64,000 nucleotides of DNA from an uncultured Christensenella sp. (GCA_964453915.1 CAYVPW010000001.1:6143-70142); one strand, 5' to 3'. Positions 9,839 to 18,003 are shown, counted from the stretch's first letter. Made by a program: numbers and translations. The notes: generated by a model from the letters alone, not told the origin.

Positions 9839-12235
9839 TTACTTTAAGGTTTTAACAAATTTATAGCCCGCTTCTTCTATAACCGTTTTTATAACGTCTT
9901 CCGAAACGGGTGCTACGGTAAACAATTCCGCAGTTTTCTTTTTTAAGTTGATTTCCACATTTTCAACCCCTTCTAAACCTTCTAAAACCTGTTTTACCTT
10001 TCCTGCACAGTGATTACACATCATTCCTTCGATTTTAACTTTCATTCCTTTTTCTCCTTTTTTTGACTTTTTGTTTTTACCGTATCCATTTATTCTAAGT
10101 GCGTTCATAACCACGAAAAGCGAACTTAAACACATACAACCGGAAGAAATAGCAGGAGTAAGCATAAGCCCTGCAAAGGCAAACGCACCACCCGCAACGG
10201 GTATTGCTATAACGTTATAAAAGAACGCCCAAAACAAATTGCCCCTTATAGTTTTATCGGTTTTTTTGCTTAGTTTAATCATATCGGAAACTGCGTAAGG
10301 ATTTCCGCTTACTATAATAACGTCCGCACTGTCTATTGCAATATCCGTTCCCGTACCCATTGCAACGCCAACGTCCGCAACGGACAACGCGGGGCTATCG
10401 TTTATTCCGTCGCCAACCATTGCGGTTAAATAACCCTTTTCTTTATATTCTCTCACGGCATCGGCTTTTTGTTCCGGCAAAACGTTTGCCTTATAATCGT
10501 CCACCCCCGTAGCCTTTGCAACGATTTCCGCACTCTTTTCGTTATCGCCCGTTATAAGCACCGTTTTAATATTTTGCTCTTTTAAGTCTTTAACAGCCCG
10601 TTCGCTTTGCGGTTTTAGTCCGTCCTTAACAAAAAACTCCGCTATCAACCTTTCGCCGTCTGCAAAATACACGGTAGAACCGCCTTCGTTTTTATTTTTA
10701 ATACCGTTTATTTGTTCCTTAACTGTTTCAGGCATTAAAGAAACGTTTCCAACAAGATATTCTTTTCCGCCAACACTTCCTACAATACCCTTTCCTATCT
10801 CGTATTCGTATTTATCTACAGTGCAATCTTTATCTCCGCAAAAACGAATTATACACTCCGCTAAGGGATGATTTGATTTTTCTTCTAGCGCACTCACGAT
10901 AGAAAAAATTTCATCGTCTTTTATATCGGCAAACTTCACAAATTCACTTACGGACGGTTTTCCTACGGTAAGCGTTGCGGTTTTATCCAAAAGAACGCAA
11001 TTTACGTCTTTTGCCTTTAACAAACTTTCCGCATTCTTATACAAAACGCCCTTAGAAGCCCCCTTTCCGGTTGCTACTACAACGGCAACAGGCGTTGCAA
11101 GCCCCAAAGCACACGGGCAGGATATAACCAGAACGCTTATGCCGTAATTCAAGGCGATATACCAATCTCCCCCCACTATCATCCAAACTGCAAACGCAAT
11201 TATCGCCAAAGTGGAAACTATGGGAACAAACACCCCCGCTATTTTGTCTACAAGTTTTTGCACAGGCGCTTTTTTTCCGCCCGCTTCCCTAACTATATCG
11301 ACAATTTTACTCATCATCGTGTCAGCACCAACGTTTTCCGCCACGACTACCAAATATCCTTTTTTTACTATGCTGCCGGAAACCGCTTTATCTCCTTTTG
11401 CGATTTCTTCCGGAATACTTTCCCCCGTGATAGAAGACTTGTCTACGGAAGCGTTGCCTTCTATAACCACACCGTCTATCGGAACATACTCTCCGCTTCT
11501 TAAAACTATCTTGTCGCCCACTTTAAGTTGGGAAGATTTTACAACCTTTTCTTTTCCGTCCACCAAAAGATTTGCCGTATCGGGGATAAGTTTTAACAAC
11601 TTTTCAACGGCGTTCCCCGTGCGTTTTTTAGAAGAATCTTCAAGCCATTTCCCAAGCGTTACGATTGTTAAAACCATTGCGGATGCTTCGTAAAAAACCA
11701 TAGAATCTTCCACGCTACCCACCGCAAACAAAACGGTTATAACAACGCTATAAAGATAAGCGCATACAGAAGCAGTTGAAACAAGCGTGTCCATATTAGG
11801 CGATTTATGAAAAACAGCCTTTATACCGCTTATAAAATAACGCTTATTTACAAGCATAATAGCCAAAGCCAAAACCGCTTGCACGCATAAACATATAACC
11901 GTATCAGGCAAAGGTACGCCTATCATTTTTCCCATAGAGAAATATAAAAGGGGCAAAAGTAATATTAAAGAAACTAAAAACCTGTTTTTAAGCGGGCTTT
12001 TTATCTTTTCTACAGAAACGGCTGGCATATATTCCCCTGCCGTATATCCCAACTTTTGCACGCAGGAAATAATATCCTTTTCAGAAATAACGTTTTCTTC
12101 AAAAGATATTTCCATAGAATTATCCATTAAAGAAACGGAGACTTCTTTTACGCCCGTTTGCTTTGCCAAAAATTTTTCTATTCCGCTAGAACAAGCGGAA
12201 CAAGTCATTCCGCCTATAGAAAACTTTTTTTTCAT
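9839..12235 (-). CDS. copA: copper-translocating P1B-type ATPase with N- and C-terminal heavy-metal-associated domains
   Basis: N-terminal HMA GMTCSACS, plus TGES, the CPC motif (SCPCALG), SNHPL and GDGINDSPAL. The phosphorylation motif reads DKTAT. There is an extra C-terminal HMA (MMCNHCAG). Confidence 0.9.
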   Translation of the reverse strand: MKKKFSIGGMTCSACSSGIEKFLAKQTGVKEVSVSLMDNSMEISFEENVISEKDIISCVQKLGYTAGEYMPAVSVEKIKSPLKNRFLVSLILLLPLLYFSMGKMIGVPLPDTVICLCVQAVLALAIMLVNKRYFISGIKAVFHKSPNMDTLVSTASVCAYLYSVVITVLFAVGSVEDSMVFYEASAMVLTIVTLGKWLEDSSKKRTGNAVEKLLKLIPDTANLLVDGKEKVVKSSQLKVGDKIVLRSGEYVPIDGVVIEGNASVDKSSITGESIPEEIAKGDKAVSGSIVKKGYLVVVAENVGADTMMSKIVDIVREAGGKKAPVQKLVDKIAGVFVPIVSTLAIIAFAVWMIVGGDWYIALNYGISVLVISCPCALGLATPVAVVVATGKGASKGVLYKNAESLLKAKDVNCVLLDKTATLTVGKPSVSEFVKFADIKDDEIFSIVSALEEKSNHPLAECIIRFCGDKDCTVDKYEYEIGKGIVGSVGGKEYLVGNVSLMPETVKEQINGIKNKNEGGSTVYFADGERLIAEFFVKDGLKPQSERAVKDLKEQNIKTVLITGDNEKSAEIVAKATGVDDYKANVLPEQKADAVREYKEKGYLTAMVGDGINDSPALSVADVGVAMGTGTDIAIDSADVIIVSGNPYAVSDMIKLSKKTDKTIRGNLFWAFFYNVIAIPVAGGAFAFAGLMLTPAISSGCMCLSSLFVVMNALRINGYGKNKKSKKGEKGMKVKIEGMMCNHCAGKVKQVLEGLEGVENVEINLKKKTAELFTVAPVSEDVIKTVIEEAGYKFVKTLK

Positions 12236-12254
12236 ATACTACTCCTTACTTTTA

Positions 12255-12283
12255 ATTTTACCACGACTCCCCCTTTTTATCAA
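12255..12283 (-). promoter_or_regulatory. sigma-A type promoter for copA
   Basis: Minus strand: TTGATA (12283-12278), 17-nt G-rich spacer, TAAAAT (12260-12255). SD AAGGAG lies before ATG 12235. Confidence 0.5.
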
Positions 12284-12285
12284 TT

Positions 12286-12321
12286 AAAAACGGACTTTTG
12301 CGATGGTAAAAGTCCGTTTTT
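12286..12321. terminator. terminator at the end of the feo operon
   Basis: Stem AACGGACTTTT/AAAAGTCCGTT with an A-run on one side and a T-run on the other. Confidence 0.75.
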
Positions 12322-12330
12322 ATTCAAGTT

Positions 12331-12486
12331 TTACGGTTTACGGTTTTTGCATTTATTGCAATGTGCACAATCACAACCGCAATCGCAAGAACTTTTGCCT
12401 TTCTTTTTGTTGATATACGCCGTGACGGATACGCCTATAACTATCGCCGCGCAAACAACTATCAAAACAATTTCTAAAACTCCCAT
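12331..12486 (-). CDS. FeoB-associated Cys-rich membrane peptide (51 aa), absent from the ORF track
   Basis: Hand translation gives MGVLEIVLIVVCAAIVIGVSVTAYINKKKGKSSCDCGCDCAHCNKCKNRKP: one TM helix plus a Cys-rich tail. It starts 4 nt after the feoB stop and ends at TAA 12333-12331. Confidence 0.8.
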   Translation of the reverse strand: MGVLEIVLIVVCAAIVIGVSVTAYINKKKGKSSCDCGCDCAHCNKCKNRKP

Positions 12487-12490
12487 AATC

Positions 12491-14797
12491 TTACGCTTTT
12501 TTACGGGTAAAAATACCCTTGTTTTTCATAACGATTAAGCATACTACAATCGCTATTGCAACCGCCCATATAAACGAACACCACCAAGCAGTACCTATAG
12601 TATATACCATAGCAGATACAACGTAAGATGCAACTAGCCAGAATACTAACGTTCCCACGTAAGTCTTTTTGTTTCCTAATTCGCCCTTAGCCGTAGCAAC
12701 CGCAGCAAAGCAAGGAATGGTCGTCATATTGAATGCTATAAAAGATATAAGTGCGGGTATGGATATACCGGTAGCCATTATCATTGCTTGAACGGCGTCT
12801 ATACCTTCTTCTGCTGCAATGTCTAATCCACCAAATTCAAGGCTGGCAACCGCCATTAAGCATGCAGCAAGCGTTCCAAACGTGCTTATTACGTTTTCTT
12901 TTGCTATAAGACCTGCAACAATCGCTACAACGAACACCCAACCGAATTGACCTAACTGACTGCCGAAGCCAAGCGGTGTGAATATCGGTTGTACCAACAT
13001 ACTTATGCCAGCAAGAATACTTTCGTTTATCTGTTCGTCTTCTAAGAAGTTCCAACTGAACGAGAAGTGTGTAAGTACCCAAATAACGATAGTAGATGCA
13101 AGAATAATGGTAAACGCTTTTTTAATAAAGTGCTTAGTTTTATCCCACAAGTGTATCATTAAGTTCTTAAATTGCGGTGCGTGATATGCGGGCAATTCCA
13201 TTATAAACGGCGGGGTTTCTCCCTTTAACGTGGTGCTTCTCATTAAAAGCACGGAAACGATAGCCGTGATAATTCCCAATAAATACATAGAGTAGGTTAT
13301 AACTTCCGCACTGCCTACGTTAAAGTAAGCAACTATTGCTCCCGCAACCGCGGTAAGAATAGGCAACTTAGCCCCGCAAGAGAAGAAAGGTATTACCCTT
13401 ACCGTAGCAGTCTTTTCTTTTTCGTCCGCAAGAGTTCTCGTGTTGATCATTGCGGGAACGGAACAACCAAAGCCCATTATCATCGGTAAAAACGCTCTAC
13501 CGGACAATCCGAATTTTCTAAACATTCTGTCAAGAATAAAAGCTACGCGCGCCATATAACCGGAATCTTCTAGTATAGAGAAGAACAAGAACAATACAAG
13601 TATAGGAGGCAAGAAAGAAAGCACTGCGCCTAAACCTTCTATAATACCGTCGTTGATAAGTCCTACTGCCCAACCAGCCATAGAAGAACCTTCTACAAGA
13701 CCTTGAATCCAACCGAACAGTTCGCCAACAATCACATCGTTCCATATATTGTTAATTATAACACCCGGTGAAAATACGGCACCATCGTAAACGGTGGCTA
13801 GCCATCTTACTCCGTAATTTATCGCTTCGCCATCTACTACAAGCCCCAAATCTTCAAGTGAAGGCAAGTTAAATATAGAACCGAGATAGAAAAGGTCTTC
13901 CGCAAAAGTCAAGTGGAAAATTCCAAACAATATCACCAAGAAAATAGGAATACCCCAAATCTTATGAGTAAGAACTTTATCCGCCTTGTCGGACTTAGTC
14001 ATTTCAAATTTTGACTTGCTCTTTTTATTTAGAACGGGCACAAAATTTTTAGAGATGTATTTATATCTTCCGTCTGCAACCATAGCCTCTATGTCGCTTC
14101 CGAAAATCTCGTCGTTTAAGGTTTGCTTAAACTCTTCAACCATTTTAACGGTTTCTTTATGTGCCTTTCCTTCAAGCTCGTCTTGTTCGACCAACTTTAT
14201 TGCGTGGAACAAAGGATTATCTACCCCTTGACCGGCAAGCGCAATCTTTATATCGCCGATAAGGTGCATTAAAGCGCCTTCACGCAAAACGGTTTCTCCG
14301 CTTCTGGGCGTTTTACAAACTGCGTACGCCCTTTCCATAAGCGCTTCTAGCCCTTCTTCTTTCAAAGCAGAAATTTCTACAACCGGAATTCCCAACCTTT
14401 TTTCAAGTTCTTTTGCGTCTATACTGTTGCCAGCTTTTTTTACTGCGTCCATCATGTTTAACGCTATAACCATAGGAACGTCTATTTCCAAAATTTGAGT
14501 GGTTAAATATAAGTTTCTTTCTAGGTTTGTAGCATCTATAATATTAATTACGCAATCGGGTTTTTCTTCTAGTATGTAATTTCTTGCAATTACTTCTTCC
14601 GGAGTGTACGGGGAAAGTGAATAAATACCGGGCAAGTCTATTATAGAAATAGGCTCTTTACACTTTTTATAAACACCCTCTTTTTTATCTACTGTGACTC
14701 CGGGCCAGTTTCCTACGTGTGCGGTAGAACCGGTTAAACAGTTAAACAGCGTGGTTTTTCCGCAGTTAGGATTGCCCGCTAAAGCAAATCTAAGCAT
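12491..14797 (-). CDS. feoB: ferrous iron transporter FeoB
   Basis: N-terminal G domain (GNPNCGKTTLFN) fused to a large polytopic membrane domain. 768 aa. Confidence 0.95.
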   Translation of the reverse strand: MLRFALAGNPNCGKTTLFNCLTGSTAHVGNWPGVTVDKKEGVYKKCKEPISIIDLPGIYSLSPYTPEEVIARNYILEEKPDCVINIIDATNLERNLYLTTQILEIDVPMVIALNMMDAVKKAGNSIDAKELEKRLGIPVVEISALKEEGLEALMERAYAVCKTPRSGETVLREGALMHLIGDIKIALAGQGVDNPLFHAIKLVEQDELEGKAHKETVKMVEEFKQTLNDEIFGSDIEAMVADGRYKYISKNFVPVLNKKSKSKFEMTKSDKADKVLTHKIWGIPIFLVILFGIFHLTFAEDLFYLGSIFNLPSLEDLGLVVDGEAINYGVRWLATVYDGAVFSPGVIINNIWNDVIVGELFGWIQGLVEGSSMAGWAVGLINDGIIEGLGAVLSFLPPILVLFLFFSILEDSGYMARVAFILDRMFRKFGLSGRAFLPMIMGFGCSVPAMINTRTLADEKEKTATVRVIPFFSCGAKLPILTAVAGAIVAYFNVGSAEVITYSMYLLGIITAIVSVLLMRSTTLKGETPPFIMELPAYHAPQFKNLMIHLWDKTKHFIKKAFTIILASTIVIWVLTHFSFSWNFLEDEQINESILAGISMLVQPIFTPLGFGSQLGQFGWVFVVAIVAGLIAKENVISTFGTLAACLMAVASLEFGGLDIAAEEGIDAVQAMIMATGISIPALISFIAFNMTTIPCFAAVATAKGELGNKKTYVGTLVFWLVASYVVSAMVYTIGTAWWCSFIWAVAIAIVVCLIVMKNKGIFTRKKA

Positions 14798-15026
14798 TTT
14801 TCACCTCCATCGTCACACAAGCGGCTTCGGATTTTCTTAAAGTCAATTCGTAGCCTCTTACAGTCACTTCGATAGGATCGCCGAGCGGTGCTTTTTTACG
14901 AAGAAAAACCTCCGCACCGTTTGTGATTCCCATATCGAAAATGCGTCTTTTAATTCTTCCGTCGGCTACAACGTTTTTTACTATACCCGTTTCGCCGATT
15001 TCAAAAGTATCCAACGTCTTTTGCAT
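14790..15026 (-). CDS. feoA: FeoA family protein
   Basis: 78-aa FeoA-like protein directly upstream of feoB and overlapping it. SD AAGGAAGG. Confidence 0.85.
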   Translation of the reverse strand: MQKTLDTFEIGETGIVKNVVADGRIKRRIFDMGITNGAEVFLRKKAPLGDPIEVTVRGYELTLRKSEAACVTMEVKNA

Positions 15027-15051
15027 AATATGTATCCTTCCTTTTTATTTT

Positions 15052-15264
15052 TTACGCAACTAAGATTTTTGCGGAAAGGTCTTTATCTAGCGCAATCTTT
15101 CCGCCTTTTACTCTGCACACCACGCTGCCGCCGCTAGACGATAACACGGTTATACACTCTCCTATTCCTACACCCATATCTACCAGATGCTTTTTTACGG
15201 TTGTATCGCAAAGAACTCTAACGATTTTTAATTCTACGTTTATCGGTGCAAGTTTTATAGGCAT
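15052..15264 (-). CDS. feoA: FeoA family protein (second copy)
   Basis: 70-aa FeoA-like protein and first gene of the operon. SD AAGGAG. Confidence 0.8.
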   Translation of the reverse strand: MPIKLAPINVELKIVRVLCDTTVKKHLVDMGVGIGECITVLSSSGGSVVCRVKGGKIALDKDLSAKILVA

Positions 15265-15287
15265 TTTTTATCTCCTTTTGTGCAATG

Positions 15288-15301
15288 TGAAATTTATTTC
15301 A
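15288..15301. promoter_or_regulatory. candidate operator IR1 in the feo leader
   Basis: Inverted repeat TGAAAT-tt-ATTTCA, preceded by the AATG found in IR2. It lies about +10 to +24 relative to the predicted feo transcription start. Confidence 0.4.
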
Positions 15302-15317
15302 TATTTTTAACATCGAC

Positions 15318-15346
15318 ATAATACCATTTATATTCACCTATGTCAA
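15318..15346 (-). promoter_or_regulatory. sigma-A type promoter for the feoA-feoA-feoB operon
   Basis: Minus strand: TTGACA (15346-15341), 17-nt spacer, TATTAT (15323-15318). Confidence 0.6.
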
Positions 15347-15353
15347 CTAAAAT

Positions 15354-15369
15354 GTGAAACTTTTTTCAC
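15354..15369. promoter_or_regulatory. candidate operator IR2 between the feo and tetR promoters
   Basis: Inverted repeat GTGAAA-cttt-TTTCAC. The 9-mer AATGTGAAA (15351-15359) also occurs at 15284-15292. Confidence 0.4.
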
Positions 15370-15430
15370 TTTTTTAAGAAAAAATTTTCTTGCTTTTTAT
15401 TTATATTTGTTATACAATGTTAAGCATATT

Positions 15431-16033
15431 ATGAAAAAAATTATTAGAGAACCCAAACAAGACCGCGCTATAGAGAAAAAAAATAAAATTATAGAAGCGG
15501 GGTATAAACTTTTTTCCGAAGTAGGCTATTACGGAACCAACACTGCTGAAATAGCAAAAGAAGCCGGCGTTTCCACCGGCATAGTTTATGGTTATTTTCA
15601 AGATAAAATGGACATTTTGATTTCCGTTTTAGAGATATACATCAACAAGGTTTGTGAGCCGTTGTTGAGTTTTTTCGATACGCTCTCAGCACCCGTAAAC
15701 TTTGAAAAAACCGTTCAAAAAGTTATGGATATGATGATATCCACGCACAAAAAAAACAGAAAAATTCACGAAGCCCTTCACTCACTTTCTTCAGACGACG
15801 AAGCGGTAAATTCTAAATTTATAGAATTAGAAGACTTAATCACAAAACAAATTGCTGAAAAGTTTGAAAAAATAGGCGTGCCGTTAGAAAATCCATTAGA
15901 AAAAATCCACCTTTCAATGGATATTATTCAATCTTTTTCTCACGAATACGTTTTTGATAAACACGATTATATAGACTACCTCGTTATGCGAGATATGGTT
16001 TGCAAAACTATAGTTGCACTTTTTGTTATGTAA
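15431..16033 (+). CDS. TetR/AcrR-family transcriptional regulator
   Basis: N-terminal TetR HTH (GYYGTNTAEIAKEAGVSTGIVYGYFQDK). I chose ATG 15431 over the track start at 15407. Confidence 0.85.
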   Translation: MKKIIREPKQDRAIEKKNKIIEAGYKLFSEVGYYGTNTAEIAKEAGVSTGIVYGYFQDKMDILISVLEIYINKVCEPLLSFFDTLSAPVNFEKTVQKVMDMMISTHKKNRKIHEALHSLSSDDEAVNSKFIELEDLITKQIAEKFEKIGVPLENPLEKIHLSMDIIQSFSHEYVFDKHDYIDYLVMRDMVCKTIVALFVM

Positions 16034-16049
16034 TAAAAAATTACACATA

Positions 16050-16082
16050 AAAAACGGCAGTTTTTAACCCTGCCGTTTTTTA
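16050..16082 (+). terminator. rho-independent terminator after tetR
   Basis: ACGGCAG-tttttaacc-CTGCCGT followed by TTTTTTATT. Confidence 0.75.
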
Positions 16083-16375
16083 TTATTCTTTGTTTACTAT
16101 ACCACTAAATTTCTTGTGTTGTTAAAGACGTTAATAAACCCTTTTACAAAACACAATAACAGCGGTTTTTATCTTGTTTAAAAGTATATCATTACACCCA
16201 ACCGCTAATTTTGAGAATATTTATACTTACATTATCCTTAAATAGCCCCCCTTCTAGGGAATTCTCTCATTTTATTTAATCTTTACTTAGTCATCAATGG
16301 TTTAATTTTTCCATAATAGAATTAAAATCGCAATAATATTCGACTTTTCAAACAAAAGATTTAAATTTAGACAAA

Positions 16376-16403
16376 TAAAAAGTCGGTAGCAAAAACCACC
16401 GAC
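16376..16403 (-). terminator. possible second terminator downstream of the tRNA
   Basis: Minus strand GTCGGT-10 nt-ACCGAC followed by CTTTTTATTT. Confidence 0.4.
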
Positions 16404-16451
16404 CTAGGTTTATGTTAAAAACTATTACTAAAACTTTTTTATGTTTCTTAT

Positions 16452-16478
16452 TTAAAAAAGCCACAAGATTTTGTGACC
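16452..16478 (-). terminator. weak hairpin plus T-run immediately 3' of the tRNA
   Basis: Minus strand CACAA-aatc-TTGTG followed by GCTTTTTT. The stem is only 5 bp. Confidence 0.35.
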
Positions 16479-16482
16479 TTAA

Positions 16483-16557
16483 TGGTACTCCCTGCGGGAA
16501 TCGAACCCACAACTAGCCCTTAGGAGGGGCTTGTTATATCCATTTAACTAAGGAAGC
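16483..16557 (-). tRNA. tRNA-Arg (anticodon CCU), CCA encoded
   Basis: Hand-folded 75-nt cloverleaf. Acceptor GCUUCCU/AGGGAGU (two G-U pairs). D stem GUUA/UAAC. Anticodon stem AGCCC/GGGCU with loop CUCCUAA. T arm GUGGG-UUCGAUU-CCCGC. Discriminator A, then CCA. Confidence 0.85.
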
Positions 16558-16769
16558 GTGAAATGCTTAATTATTTAATTGATAAGCGTGTTTGCCTGTT
16601 AATTTTACAACATAAACGACAAACTGTCAAATTTATCCGCAATATAAAAACAAATTTTGTATACTTTTTAGCAATGCCGTCAATAATCATATTACTGCAA
16701 AAATCACAAAAAAAGGCAAAATCACGTAAAATGATATTAAGAACGGTAGAATCGGAACAAAAATACAAA

Positions 16770-17138
16770 ATGATAAAACGCGGAGAATTATATTATGCCG
16801 ACCTAAGCCCCGTAGTAGGGAGCGAACAAGGCGGCATACGCCCTATTTTAGTAGTTCAAAACGACACGGGAAATAAGTATAGCCCGACTATAATAGCGGC
16901 GGCAATTACCAGCCAACTTAATAAGGCAAAGTTGCCAACTCACATAGAACTGCCCGCAAAAGAGGTTGGGCTTGCTAAAAATTCCGTGATTTTACTAGAA
17001 CAAATACGCACGCTCGATAAAAAACGGTTAAAAGAACGCATAGGCGAACTGCCGCCCTTAAAAATGAAAAAGGTTGACGCCGCACTTATGATAAGTTTAG
17101 GATTTGAAACCTATTTTAACAACAGTCAACCCGTATAA
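16770..17138 (+). CDS. mazF: MazF/EndoA-type endoribonuclease toxin (PemK family)
   Basis: 122 aa from ATG 16770: [40 protein letters not shown]...LPTHIE...[16 protein letters not shown]. This is nearly colinear with B. subtilis EndoA as I remember it. The upstream in-frame extension in the track is not MazE-like. Confidence 0.88.
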   Translation: MIKRGELYYADLSPVVGSEQGGIRPILVVQNDTGNKYSPTIIAAAITSQLNKAKLPTHIELPAKEVGLAKNSVILLEQIRTLDKKRLKERIGELPPLKMKKVDAALMISLGFETYFNNSQPV

Positions 17139-17171
17139 CCCCTACCCCGTTTTGCTAACAAAAAGCAATAA

Positions 17172-17206
17172 AAACTCGCCGCCTAAAAATTTTGGGCGGC
17201 GTTGTT
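17172..17206. terminator. shared terminator for convergent mazF and the 138-aa gene
   Basis: CGCCGCC-taaaaattttg-GGCGGCG hairpin between the two stop codons. Confidence 0.6.
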
Positions 17207-17623
17207 CTATACGTTTGCGTTATCTTTAGACAGCAAAAGCGATTTTTCCGTATTGTATCTCTCCACTGCTTTAACGTACTTTTCAGACAGTTGCAACGTA
17301 TACCTTTGTTTTTCTTCGTAAGAAAGTTTGTCGAATTCTTCTTTGTCGGTAAGCCTTCCAAGAGCGTTAGAAACTTCGCCTTCCGTATCTAAAATCGATT
17401 TTACCTTTTGATAAAACTCTTCGTTTTCGTTCTGTGAATTTTTAATATCGTTTGCAATGCGCTGAGAATAGTACTCTTTTACTTTAGACGCTGAAATCCC
17501 CTGTTTTTCCGCCCGTTCTAACTGCAAGTCTAAGTCTCTCTTATAATCCTGCCAAAATCCGTTTTTAAGGCGGTTTTTAGCTTCTTTACAATACTGTTTT
17601 AACGTTTTTTCTTCGTAGTTCAT
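17207..17623 (-). CDS. hypothetical protein, 138 aa, helical and charged
   Basis: ATG 17623 is preceded by GGGGGA. I recognise no motif. Confidence 0.55.
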   Translation of the reverse strand: MNYEEKTLKQYCKEAKNRLKNGFWQDYKRDLDLQLERAEKQGISASKVKEYYSQRIANDIKNSQNENEEFYQKVKSILDTEGEVSNALGRLTDKEEFDKLSYEEKQRYTLQLSEKYVKAVERYNTEKSLLLSKDNANV

Positions 17624-17676
17624 AATTTCCCCCGTTGTTTATCTAAAATTTCGACATATTTCGCCCGCAAAAAAGA

Positions 17677-17706
17677 AAACCTACCGACTTTATCTTCGGT
17701 AGGTTT
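17677..17706 (-). terminator. rho-independent terminator after rpsU
   Basis: AAAACCTACCGA-8 nt-TCGGTAGGTTTT. On the minus strand it is followed by CTTTTTT. Confidence 0.8.
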
Positions 17707-17710
17707 TAGA

Positions 17711-17890
17711 TTATCCTTTTATGCTTCTTTTTCTAGCTGCTTCGGATTTCTTTTTTCTTCTGACAGAAGGGCTTTCGTAAAATTCTTTTTTACGCATATC
17801 GCCGATTATACCGTCTCTAGAACATTTTCTTTTAAAACGTCTTAAAGCGCTGTCGAGATTTTCGTTTTCGCCGACTCTTACCGTACTCAT
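17711..17890 (-). CDS. rpsU: 30S ribosomal protein S21 (59 aa), absent from the ORF track
   Basis: Hand translation gives [59 protein letters not shown]. Strong SD AGGAGGG. Confidence 0.92.
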   Translation of the reverse strand: MSTVRVGENENLDSALRRFKRKCSRDGIIGDMRKKEFYESPSVRRKKKSEAARKRSIKG

Positions 17891-17942
17891 TTTTCTTCAA
17901 CCCTCCTTTGCCCTGTGGCAGTTAGTAAAATTTAACTCTAAA

Positions 17943-17971
17943 AGTATACTTTACTCTACAAAAATTGTCAA
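17943..17971 (-). promoter_or_regulatory. near-consensus sigma-A promoter for rpsU
   Basis: Minus strand: TTGACA (17971-17966), 17-nt spacer, TATACT (17948-17943). Confidence 0.65.
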
Positions 17972-18003
17972 CGGTTTTTAAGCGAATAAATACAATTTTT
18001 TAT

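Noticed and set aside
12261-12277. G-rich spacer (AAAAGGGGGAGTCGTGG) in the copA promoter as a CsoR/CopY operator
   Set aside because: It is not palindromic, it does not match the operator consensus sequences as I remember them, and no csoR or copY gene is nearby.
12158-12538. 126-aa plus-strand ORF
   Set aside because: It runs antisense across the copA start, the terminator, the Cys-rich peptide gene and the feoB end. It has no SD and is a shadow ORF.
16084-16482. About 400 bp of non-coding AT-rich DNA at the 3' side of tRNA-Arg as an integration scar or ncRNA
   Set aside because: There is no integrase and I saw no second copy of the tRNA 3' end. I found no ORF longer than about 10 codons and no convincing conserved-looking structure beyond two weak terminator hairpins. 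I cannot support any call.
16563-16769. Long N-terminal extension of mazF, or a hidden mazE antitoxin upstream
   Set aside because: The extension is Lys/Ile-rich and unlike MazE, and MazF homology begins exactly at ATG 16770. The other two forward frames are full of stops and have no start codon.
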